DNA of 64,000 nt from a virus. Positions 1 to 9,800 of the stretch are shown here, piece by piece (the first letter of the stretch is position 1; each line of letters opens with the position of its first letter). A program made the position numbers and the translations under genes. The DNA is taken from the IMG/VR virus record IMGVR_UViG_3300020202_000062, positions 94,929 through 158,928 of that record; one strand, written 5' to 3'. Below the pieces are notes generated by a model. The model was not told where the DNA came from. It searched no databases and saw nothing but the letters and a program-made list of their open reading frames with translations.

Positions 1-420
1 TTCCTGAGTTGCGAGGTCAGTACTTAACTGCCAGTACCTGGAGTCTCCTCTGGTGGTATTTAGATACTGAGTATGATCGTCATCCTCCAGGCCATCAAGG
101 TCTCCGTGATCCGTGATGTTGACATCCGCCTCGTCTGGGTCGATCGGCACCTGGATTTTTATGATACTTTGAGGAGTTCCGTCAATCGTAACGCGAAGAT
201 AATAAGTGCCAGGATTGGCGTAGAATGTGAGGTTGCTAAGGCTGTCTGTCAGAACGGGCTGCGTTACGGTTGCACCCTTGGTCCTGTCCGTGTATAGGGT
301 TGCGAGAGTAGTAGCTCCAGAATCTGTATAGATTCGAACTTCTCTACCTGACCCAATAACAAAACCGTTAGTCCCGAGAAGTGCCTCAGGACCCCACTGA
401 CCGGCAAAATCAAAAGCCAT
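1..420 (-). CDS. Tail fibre-like protein, N-terminal part (runs off the window edge; absent from the ORF track)
   Basis: ATG at 420 with GGAG upstream; open to position 1: MAFDFAGQWGPEALLG...LATLYTDRTKG...NLTFYANPGTY...DHGDLDGLEDDDHTQYL. This N-terminal module and the His/Asp motif resemble phage fibre proteins. Confidence 0.7.
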   Translation of the reverse strand, partial: MAFDFAGQWGPEALLGTNGFVIGSGREVRIYTDSGATTLATLYTDRTKGATVTQPVLTDSLSNLTFYANPGTYYLRVTIDGTPQSIIKIQVPIDPDEADVNITDHGDLDGLEDDDHTQYLNTTRGDSRYWQLSTDLATQE

Positions 421-462
421 AAGTCAACTCCAAGTCACATAGTCATACGACAACTATGTACT

Positions 463-470
463 TAGTAGTA
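463..470 (-). promoter_or_regulatory. Putative late promoter element TACTACTA
   Basis: Recurrent intergenic TACTA motif about 50 nt upstream of ATG 420, followed by hairpin ACATAGTTG-TCGTA-TGACTATGT. Confidence 0.5.
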
Positions 471-475
471 CCTTT

Positions 476-2653
476 TTAGTCGTTCTCCCCGTATAAGAAA
501 CGCAAACGATAGGAGTCTAAGGTGGGCGTGACGTTTGGATTGAGGATTGAGCGGCCAAACTCTGCCTTTAACCGTACTGCTCCAGGGGCTGAATTTGTAG
601 CCTTGGCATAGCGGAGGCGGAAGTTGTCTGTTGGTTTCCTGCGCGATACAATCTCACCATTGACAATAGTGAACGTCTTTGGCTGCCCAGTCTCGTTAAA
701 TTCCATATGGAATGGATCGATATACTTCCAATTGGCCAACTTAACGCTACCAAAATCGTATAGATCCGAGGTGGACATAAGGTCCAATGTTCCATTGTGG
801 GTATATGGGAACTCTCCTGTGTTCGCTGGAATGTTAATCATGAGGCAGACGTGATTAAGCCCCTCATTGAACTTCCAAGGCAAAACAAGATTGTCTGTGC
901 CCTGCGGCAAATCGCCAATCTCCCTACCGTTCAAGAATACCTTTACATCCCACTGCTGAGAATTGCTGTCAGCCTTTCTGAATTCCTTCAGTAGAAGATC
1001 CTGCTCTTCTGCGGAGTCAAGATAAGTCTCTACGTATACGCTACGCCCAGCCATACCTACATCTCCACCCCAGAAGAATTCGTTTCCACTGTCAATGGTT
1101 CCGTAGGCTGTGCTTGCTGTAGCAGTACCGTTGATGTAGTTTGTCCAGAATGACAGGCCAGTCTCTAGTGCCTCGGCATCCAGCGCAACGTGCATGATGC
1201 GGGTGGTATTAACGCCCTCTTCTAGGACGAGAGATTCTTTAAGGACATCTTCGTTAAATGCGGCGATTCTATAAGCCTCATCTACACCCTGGAATACCGA
1301 AGGGCTAGGATTACGCAATCTCAAATCGTTATTTGTCGCATCCAGAGGGATAAGAGGAAGATAACTGCCGTCCAACTCTCCTTCATCTGGAGTGCGAATA
1401 AACTTAGAGAATGACAAGGCACCATCGAAGCGGATGACAGTATTCTCGTTATTCGTTATCCCATTGCTGATAGGGTCAATGCTTCTCCAGTTGAAGTCAG
1501 AAACCTCTGGCTCCTCTTCTTCTACATCTGCGGCTACGTAGTATTTGATGCTAGTATCTGCGGGTACAGACTCCTGAACTACTAGCGATACGGCATCGAT
1601 TACATTGTCGTCTACGAGTTCCTCTGGAATATATAGTGGCTGAGAAACCCAGATAGCGTTATTGTCGTACACATGTTCGGTTATGCTGATTTCCTTAGCG
1701 CCAAAGATGTACCTGTACTTGATTGTGTTGTTCTGAGTACGGGTGTAATCTGGGGCTGTCTTTCTAAGCGTGATGAACATCCTGTGCACTTCGTTGGCGG
1801 GATGGACAAAGACCATCTTGTTTGCGCTGGTCTTGATCTGATCACCAAAGTCGAATCTTGTATTAGAAGATGCCTTAGTTGCCTCTACGAAAACCTGAAC
1901 TGGAGTCACACCGAACGGGTCGAACTCAAGCCTAGAAACAGTCACGGGTTCCTGTGCTGTACCTAGTTGTATAGCGATCTCACCAATTACTTCTACCGGT
2001 TCTGATGTCTCTACCTCAACGCTCCAGGCCGTATTAGTTAGGCCATCTAGCGCGCCAGTAAAAGGCGAGATTACCTCAGCCCTTACTTCTTTGCCTGCTA
2101 CAGTTGCCTTGAAACTCGTGCTGGTTACTCTACCTGCGGCCATCTTCTTGGTCATATTACTGACCGTAGGAAGTGTCACGCTACCAGTCGTAGTATCAAC
2201 GAACGCGGTAGTCATGGAGATGTCTGTGTAATCTAGGTCATTGAACTGGTCAGAAACACTTAGGTAATATCCGTCAGTGTTGTAGATACTGAACATGTAG
2301 TCATCAATAAGAGTTTCGATAGCCACCCTACGTACACGTAACCTCTCCAAGTAGGCTCGGAGAATAGTCGATAGTGTCATAGATTCGTTTAGGTGCTCTC
2401 GGCATACCTCGTATAGAATGTCGAGGTTGATCTGAGAATTTGTGAACAGTTCGTTAGCCTTGTCTACATTAGAACGTAGGCCGTCACCAAAGTATTCAAG
2501 TGGCAACTTGAGTGGCTGTCCTGCGGGATTCTTAGCAAAGAAACGAGATACCTCAGTCAGGATGTCGACTAGGCGTGGCTTCTCGCCCTTCGAGAATAGG
2601 ATCTTCGAAGTTTCTTCAAATACTCTTTCTGTCTGAATCTTTGAAATGCTCAC
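476..2653 (-). CDS. Virion structural protein (baseplate/fibre-associated), paralogue 1 of 3
   Basis: 725 aa; helical N-terminus then beta-rich domains; motifs shared with the two upstream genes (C-terminal VRLKAEF...TPTLDSYRLRF). Confidence 0.6.
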   Translation of the reverse strand: MSISKIQTERVFEETSKILFSKGEKPRLVDILTEVSRFFAKNPAGQPLKLPLEYFGDGLRSNVDKANELFTNSQINLDILYEVCREHLNESMTLSTILRAYLERLRVRRVAIETLIDDYMFSIYNTDGYYLSVSDQFNDLDYTDISMTTAFVDTTTGSVTLPTVSNMTKKMAAGRVTSTSFKATVAGKEVRAEVISPFTGALDGLTNTAWSVEVETSEPVEVIGEIAIQLGTAQEPVTVSRLEFDPFGVTPVQVFVEATKASSNTRFDFGDQIKTSANKMVFVHPANEVHRMFITLRKTAPDYTRTQNNTIKYRYIFGAKEISITEHVYDNNAIWVSQPLYIPEELVDDNVIDAVSLVVQESVPADTSIKYYVAADVEEEEPEVSDFNWRSIDPISNGITNNENTVIRFDGALSFSKFIRTPDEGELDGSYLPLIPLDATNNDLRLRNPSPSVFQGVDEAYRIAAFNEDVLKESLVLEEGVNTTRIMHVALDAEALETGLSFWTNYINGTATASTAYGTIDSGNEFFWGGDVGMAGRSVYVETYLDSAEEQDLLLKEFRKADSNSQQWDVKVFLNGREIGDLPQGTDNLVLPWKFNEGLNHVCLMINIPANTGEFPYTHNGTLDLMSTSDLYDFGSVKLANWKYIDPFHMEFNETGQPKTFTIVNGEIVSRRKPTDNFRLRYAKATNSAPGAVRLKAEFGRSILNPNVTPTLDSYRLRFLYGEND

Positions 2654-4395
2654 TAGCGCAACCTAACTTTCAACTTGTAAGACCTAACAATAGGACTAGA
2701 CGAAACCTTGTCTGCTGGTCTACTCATTTCAATCTTCAGTCGAAGAGAGTTCACCGTGTTCTTAACCGTCCTATAGTCAACGCCATCCTCTCTAAACTCT
2801 TCTGGGAGAGGATCATTGAATGAGATGACTTCCTTGATCCCAAAGATATCATCTTGAACTCTTGAGATCGGCACCCAAGTAAGACCGTCGTCTGGGCTGA
2901 TATAGAACTTTACCCAAATCTCATCCGTACCGAAATTACTTGGGATGAAGATGTCTGCCTCAAGAGCAACTCTGTCAATTATACCATTGACTCGGAAGGG
3001 TTTCGTAACAATGTAACTTGTTTCGTTGTATTGAACTTGCTCAACTGAGCAATCACGTATTCCGATAGCCCACCTCTGACCATTGAAGTATTCAACCTTC
3101 TTAATCAGATTGCCCTGTACAGCCTCACTATTCTCGTGATATCGGGTCGGGTCCGTAATCGGTGGCACTGGCCCTAATACTCTGCGATTTGAGTTCTCGC
3201 CCTCTACATAGTAAACGTGACCGATGTTAGAAGAAATTGAGTTAGGCTGTTCGATGCTTAATCTAATATATCTGACTTCCTTCTGATCGAAGGGCCAAAC
3301 TGCTGTGCCGATTACAATCTCGTCGCTAGCCCGAGCAGCCTGGATGTTAGCGTCTGTGCCAATCCACACCGCCTTACTGGAGATAGATTCCCAGTTGGTG
3401 TTGTCGCTAGACGCATGAACTCTAGTCACTTTTACGGGATGATTTTTGTTGTCAGTCAAACCATAAGGCGTATAGGAGATATTGTTAATTGTCTTGACGC
3501 TACCTAGATCAAACTCTAAGTCTAACTTCAGCACGTTGCCAGATGGCCCAAGTGCCCAATTGATTTCAGATGAGTCTGTTCCAGTCTCTTCATCTACGTT
3601 GGCATAAGTGAAGTTGAGATTCTTGGCACGGTTTCTATCGGCTTCGGATACGAAGTAATGCTCGTACTCAAACCATGTGTTAGGTTCGCTATCGATGACA
3701 GAGTCTAGGTCCGCACGGCGATCTGTAAGGGCCACAAATCGGTAATCCTTCTCGTTGGTGGTAGGATTGGTAGTGGCCGTCATTGGGTCTTGGATCTCTT
3801 GGTTGTTTCCCGCGAAACCATTGGACGTAGGTAGTATTCGCACTTCGGCATCATCGATGACGTTAATCGATTCATTCCTTCTGCCCAGGCTTAACACCCC
3901 AGCAGAAGTAAGAGAAGCCTTACTCGCGGGATCGATCATATCGCTATCAATAAACTCTTCGTTGATGAAATAGTCACCGAAGTTGACTAGGTTAATATCA
4001 CTAGCCGTTGAGTATAATTGAAGTGTCTTCATCTTGCCAGCGACACGGGCATTCTGATGCTCTGCCTTCTGAATCTCAGTTGAGATGAAGTTATGGAGAA
4101 ATACTGTAGAAGCCTTTAGGAGATCAACCTGATTCTGCATGAGGTTGACATCATGCTGGATGGATTCTGTTATCTCATTCATACGAGCACTTAACGCAGG
4201 CTCGCCCTTTACGAATGGCTTAAAGTTCATGATTGGGGTTTCAACGCCAGAACTGTACTTACTGATCAACTCGGTAATAGCATGGCCGATCTCTTCCGCG
4301 GTCTTAAACTCGCCGGAAGCGTACTTCTTTTTGAACTCCTCAAGAAGAACTATGGCCTGGCCATACAGGAGTGTGGTAGGGGACAACTGGGTCAT
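2653..4395 (-). CDS. Virion structural protein, paralogue 2 of 3
   Basis: 580 aa; discoidin-like segment (LEFDLGSVKTINNISY...VRYIRLSIEQ); C-terminal LRLKIEMSR...SPIVRSYKLKV. Confidence 0.6.
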   Translation of the reverse strand: MTQLSPTTLLYGQAIVLLEEFKKKYASGEFKTAEEIGHAITELISKYSSGVETPIMNFKPFVKGEPALSARMNEITESIQHDVNLMQNQVDLLKASTVFLHNFISTEIQKAEHQNARVAGKMKTLQLYSTASDINLVNFGDYFINEEFIDSDMIDPASKASLTSAGVLSLGRRNESINVIDDAEVRILPTSNGFAGNNQEIQDPMTATTNPTTNEKDYRFVALTDRRADLDSVIDSEPNTWFEYEHYFVSEADRNRAKNLNFTYANVDEETGTDSSEINWALGPSGNVLKLDLEFDLGSVKTINNISYTPYGLTDNKNHPVKVTRVHASSDNTNWESISSKAVWIGTDANIQAARASDEIVIGTAVWPFDQKEVRYIRLSIEQPNSISSNIGHVYYVEGENSNRRVLGPVPPITDPTRYHENSEAVQGNLIKKVEYFNGQRWAIGIRDCSVEQVQYNETSYIVTKPFRVNGIIDRVALEADIFIPSNFGTDEIWVKFYISPDDGLTWVPISRVQDDIFGIKEVISFNDPLPEEFREDGVDYRTVKNTVNSLRLKIEMSRPADKVSSSPIVRSYKLKVRLR

Positions 4396-4404
4396 GGAAA
4401 CCTC

Positions 4405-6882
4405 TTAGAAACTATATCTTGCGTCGGGCTTACGAGTCTTTGCCTTGATCTGGAAGGCGTCAACTTGTGGGCTGACGAAGTTCTTGTCATTTACTCTCAA
4501 CACGATACGTACCCTAACATTGCTGGGCTGGTATTGATAGTAAACCCTAAACGCCTGAGTTATCTCCTTATTGAAGATAAGACTGTTGCCGGTGTGTAGG
4601 TATTCATACCTCTCTGCTGAACTATCTACTCCAGCCTGGCTTCCTCCCTCATAATTGGTCAGGTTGGTGGCGATTGTCCCGTCCTCTAGCCTCACGATGA
4701 TTGGCTGATATGGTGTCATACCATCTGCGACAGTATATGAACTATCTGCCACTCTGTCCCTGTCCACGTAAGGAGTGTAATCTAGAGGAATGATAAGTTG
4801 TCCATTTGTTCCAGTAAACCCTTCTCCTGCACCGCTCTCGTCAAAAGATGAAACTAGTGGAACATCACGGAACCCTGACTCATAGAAGTTAACCACGGTG
4901 TGGTCTACCGCTGGAGTGTAATCCACAGTGAATACATCCTGAGAAGTGTAACCAATAGACGTAAAGTTGACAGACTCAAATGCTGTACGTGAAGAGTTTA
5001 GGCTTAGGATGTTTGCTACATCGGTTAGAACATACCCGTTCTTGTAGATGTTGATAGGACTATTGACTCCAGCCTCAAACCTAAACACAGCCTTACCTTG
5101 AGCGTCTAAAAGTAGGCGCTCCCCAATAACTTCAGTCGTACCTACTGGCATAATTGGCAGCCAGTCTGTTTCCTTCATTGGGTTAGATTTGTTTGTCACT
5201 GAATATTCGACAGAGGTGATTCTGGTTGAGTCACGATCGGTGTCTAGTATTGAGTAATTAGAATCCTGTGCCTTTAGTTTGATCTCGCCTACGTCACCAG
5301 GTGCTGGGATGACATTAGATACAAAGACAGCCTTGAATCCCTTGGCACCGCTGCCAATCTCAATTGTGCGGATACCGAGATCGTATTCATAATCGAATCC
5401 TGGCTCGTCCTTTAAGTACGATGTCTGATAGGTGCTACCAGGAACGACTGGAGAACCTAATGGGTTCGGACCTGATACTCGATTAAGTAAGTTTTCTAAG
5501 TCTTTCAGTACCGAGTCAAATAGTTGCGCCGAGGCTAAACCTGGTGCTGTCCCCATAATCTCTGGGTTATTCTCAAACAAGTTCCGCCTTATCAACTGAG
5601 ACATAATCTGCGCTGGGCGACTGTTATTCGTCCACACGCCAAATGAACTCTGTCGGTCCTTACGGAGTCTAGTCACTAGATCCTGTAGGCTTACTCCACC
5701 GTGGCGCTTCTCGAAAGAAGTCCTTGGAATGGAGTTCTTGAACATCTTGGCAAGCGTGCTGCTGTTATTTATGGCGTTCAGAAGCATTGTAGCGCGGATC
5801 ATACCGTTGCGCTGGCTCGTGTAAAAGTGACCATCAAAGTCAGATGCGTTAGAAGCCTCTCTGTGCTCTTCCTCTGATGAAATGCCCTTCTCTGAAGTGC
5901 GAGTATAAACTCCCTGACGGAGATATACCTTGAACTTGTATACAGACTGCATCGTGAAGAAAATGCTAGAGGCACTATTTAGAGTCATTGGCTCAGATAA
6001 CAGATCTTCGTATTTGGTCTCTCCAGAGTCTTTAAAGACTCGCACCTGAATTACTTCACAAGGAGTTTCGGTGAACGGACTTATTGTAATAGTGTCACAT
6101 GGGGATGGTTGGGCCAGGGTGTACTCGATAACAGCCAATGCTCCTGGGTAGGACACCTTACCGTGATGACCCTTAAAGTCGTTTAGGGTTGAGTTCAGTG
6201 GAGAAGGGGCGCGGACAGCCATACGCCATCCGGTATTAGATGCGGTGGTTACCGAGTTCTTAATTCCCGTGTCCGACGTAACCAACCCTTGTACATTGGT
6301 CGCAAGAATCTTGGCTGTCATTGGGTAGTTGCTACTAAGTTTTCCGCCGATTGACAACGTCCCTTCTGCGCCGTTTATCTGAGCATAATCTGATGGCCTA
6401 AAGGTTAGTCCACCTCGGTCTGGTAGAATCTCAAAGGACTTGTCCATACCACGGCTATCGCTGAATGACTCAAGAAATGCGTAGTCATATGCCTTAGCAT
6501 CAGAGAGCAAGAAGGCGTAGTTAGCCACAGCCTTTTCTAAGGAGTCTAGTTCTTTTTCTAGGCTTGCAACATCTGACATCAGTACTGACGCATGGCTGTC
6601 TAAGAGTAATGAGATCAGGTTTGACTGACGGTACATTTCCTTGATGGCAAGATCGGCACTTCGTAAGTTGCTTGCAACACGAGCGCCATTAGTGCGACCC
6701 TGCGTATCTTCTGGGCTTAGGACAATATTGGCCTGTGAGACAGATCTAGAGATCTTATCTGCCAGAGTGCTTAACTCTGACTTCTCAACCTTAGCCTCCT
6801 CAAGGAGGAAGGCTGCGCGTCTCTTGTTGCCACCGCGCAGTGTCTGAATGTAATCATCAATGAAACGCTTCATTAAGTCCAA
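4405..6882 (-). CDS. Virion structural protein, paralogue 3 of 3
   Basis: 825 aa; N-terminal coiled coil; C-terminal VRVRIVLR...SPQVDAFQIKA. Confidence 0.6.
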   Translation of the reverse strand: MDLMKRFIDDYIQTLRGGNKRRAAFLLEEAKVEKSELSTLADKISRSVSQANIVLSPEDTQGRTNGARVASNLRSADLAIKEMYRQSNLISLLLDSHASVLMSDVASLEKELDSLEKAVANYAFLLSDAKAYDYAFLESFSDSRGMDKSFEILPDRGGLTFRPSDYAQINGAEGTLSIGGKLSSNYPMTAKILATNVQGLVTSDTGIKNSVTTASNTGWRMAVRAPSPLNSTLNDFKGHHGKVSYPGALAVIEYTLAQPSPCDTITISPFTETPCEVIQVRVFKDSGETKYEDLLSEPMTLNSASSIFFTMQSVYKFKVYLRQGVYTRTSEKGISSEEEHREASNASDFDGHFYTSQRNGMIRATMLLNAINNSSTLAKMFKNSIPRTSFEKRHGGVSLQDLVTRLRKDRQSSFGVWTNNSRPAQIMSQLIRRNLFENNPEIMGTAPGLASAQLFDSVLKDLENLLNRVSGPNPLGSPVVPGSTYQTSYLKDEPGFDYEYDLGIRTIEIGSGAKGFKAVFVSNVIPAPGDVGEIKLKAQDSNYSILDTDRDSTRITSVEYSVTNKSNPMKETDWLPIMPVGTTEVIGERLLLDAQGKAVFRFEAGVNSPINIYKNGYVLTDVANILSLNSSRTAFESVNFTSIGYTSQDVFTVDYTPAVDHTVVNFYESGFRDVPLVSSFDESGAGEGFTGTNGQLIIPLDYTPYVDRDRVADSSYTVADGMTPYQPIIVRLEDGTIATNLTNYEGGSQAGVDSSAERYEYLHTGNSLIFNKEITQAFRVYYQYQPSNVRVRIVLRVNDKNFVSPQVDAFQIKAKTRKPDARYSF

Positions 6883-9800
6883 CTCCTACCATGGAGATCT
6901 TCCAACTTATATCTTACACCAGCGGTGATGTTACGCTCAATAACGTTGATGATCTCCTGCTCCTTCGGGAACTGAGTCTTTAGTTCCTCTGGCAGACGGA
7001 TGATAACGAAACCACCCTTCTGATAGGAGACCCCTCCACCAAAACCGATATCCCAGTATCCAATTGACTCAGACACCATACGACGAATCTCTTCTAGGTT
7101 CAGAGAATCCTTTGCTCCACCACCACGGCGGCGAGTATCTAGAATCACCAGATCATTGATATCTAGAGCGGGTGCGATATATACCACACCCAACTGGACT
7201 GCCAACGGATCGTACTCTGGATCTAGAGGATCGAAGATATTAGTATCCATCCTAAAGCGCAAAGTCCTTGTGTTGACTGAGTCTGTTATCACACTTCCGT
7301 TTGAATCCTTCACAAAGGCTGGGACGATGTAGATGTAGACTGGGCGACCAACTAGGTTTCTTGTGTTGCCTGGGTTGGGGTTCAAGTTGAGGTAGCGCCC
7401 GTCGTATTGCTTAAAGTTGTAGACTGAACGCTTAGTCGTGTAATCAACCTTAACGAGATTAGCCTCATCTGACGCTAATGGGGAAGCCAAAGTGATCTCG
7501 CCGGTCGAAGCATTGTAGTCTGCAATGTCGGGCCAAGATAACTCGGTCCATGGAGATGATGCTGTCGACCTCGTGTATACCTTTAGGGCCGGACGAACTG
7601 GATCAGCATATGAAGAACTGACGTTGCTCGGTTCCTTAACCATCAGCAGCGGTGCCTGACGTAGTTGAATTGTAGTTTCGTCAATTACCACAGGATGTTC
7701 ACCCTTGATATCTACGTTTGGTCGACCGTGTAGAGTTGACCATCCACCCAACTCCGACTCTGGAATTGAGTAAAACGCACGTACATCTGAACCCTGATAT
7801 GAACCCAAGTATCCATCAAGTGGTCCTTGGTTGCGTGGGCGGATCTTTACCTTACGGTTGAAGCTACCAATGCGAACTGGCACAGGCCAAACGTCAGCGG
7901 CACCTAGGTTCTCTGGAAGCGGCTCAATCTGGATCTGTGCACCAGACTTAACCTTCACACCGTAAACAGGCATCGCCCAGCGGAATGGGATCTTGGGGGC
8001 ATCTGCCGAAACAGGTAGTGTGTTGGTTGTGTTCAGTTCGTAGTTTGAGATAACGCCGACATATACGTTTTCGGGTCCGCGGTCTAGATATTCCATGTAA
8101 GTCATTTCTGGAATACCTGAACTATTGACAATGAATTCCTTCTTGCGCTTGTCGTAGAATCCTACAAACACAGAAGCATCGTTTGTGGTAAGATCCACAC
8201 TTAGGCTCATGTAATGACGCTGAGTTTCATTTGTTCCTACCGATGTAGGCATGGCGGGGAATCCGGCTGGTTTACCGTCCGCATCGCACAGTAACTTGAT
8301 GCCATCAGTCTTCCTGATCCATCCTGATTCTGGTGCTATGCGACGATTTCCATTCTCGTCCATTGAGTACCATGTTTCACTTGAGCCTGGCTCATACTCG
8401 GGACCGAATGTGTATCGACTATTGACGTGATTAACCACGATATTGTTACGTAGTCTAATAAGACCACTTGAAGTTGCACCGACGATAGAAACCTTTGGGT
8501 TGTTTACTGTAATGTTTGTCCAGTTTACATCACTTAAGGTTCCCGAAGCGTAATCGTGAGGGTTAGCCTGTACCGTGGTGTCGTATCCACTACGCACAAC
8601 AACGTTACGTCCTGAGGCGTTGATTGGATAATTGTTGATGGTTACTTGCCTAACTACCTCACGGCGCTCTGTCTTCTTGCCCTTGCCGTAGATCAAGATA
8701 TCCTTGATACCCAGCATGCGCGAATCGCCCCAGCCCGACTTACCATTCTGACCAACACCAACAATAACAACGTTGCCTTCATATGGTCCTACGGGGAAGT
8801 ATGTACCGGGTCCATCTGGGATAGGTAAGCCTAGGCTTGTTACTCTAGCCTTGCCCATATCATAACCACCAAGATGGAATGGACCGGGAGCAGAATGGGT
8901 CTTAACGTCAATAGCGTGGAGAAGCATCTGCTTGCTGTTTCCCTCAAGGTAGGGGGTAATCTTTACTCCGTGGATCTTGTATCTGTCGTCAAGTTCTACA
9001 GAGAATACGTCCCAAATATTGCCTGGGCTATTCTTCAGATCTGATCTCTTGGCATAGTATGTCTGAGCATTCCAGTCAGAGATGTGCTTCTTCATAATGC
9101 GGCCCTTTGGCCAATCGTAAAACTTTGTGTAGTCCCTACTACTAGTCGGACCTACTAGGCTTCCCAGATTGATTACTTGATATCCGATAGCAGCCCAAGT
9201 CTCGGCGTCTACTACTCCATTGCGGAATCGTAAATGGCATTTAGTTTGGAACTGCTTGATGGCCTCTTCGGTTTTCTTACCATTGGAACTATTATCGTAG
9301 CGACCATTAACCTCTAGGTATTCGGTGTTCTTTAGGAACCCGAAGAACTTCAGTTTGTTCATCGTCATCTGGACGAACTTAACCCAATCTGAAATGTTCC
9401 CCGAGCCACCTTTCTCTAATCTTACGGTCGCTCCCCAAAATGGCCAACTCAAAAGACCACCTGCTAAGGTGCCCTTTTCATCGCCGTAATAGTTATCATC
9501 CTGCCAAGTACGAAGGTAGTTGGGATGCTTAGTGCCCTGATCGAACGCACGTCCAGAAGTAAAGGTGGTCTTGTTCTTGCCGTGAGAAGACCATGACATG
9601 ATGATTTCTGTATCATCATCGACAGTTACATTCTCGTATTCTGTAACCTCACGGGTTAACTTAGCAGTTCCAGAAGCAGTCCAGTCTACAGTCTCTTCTG
9701 TTGAATCTTGAGCAGTTGCGTTGTAGTTTACTCGCACCTGTACGCCATATGGTTTTGGTGGGTATTCGCGGTAAACGTATTGACCCTCTTCGAAATCGCC

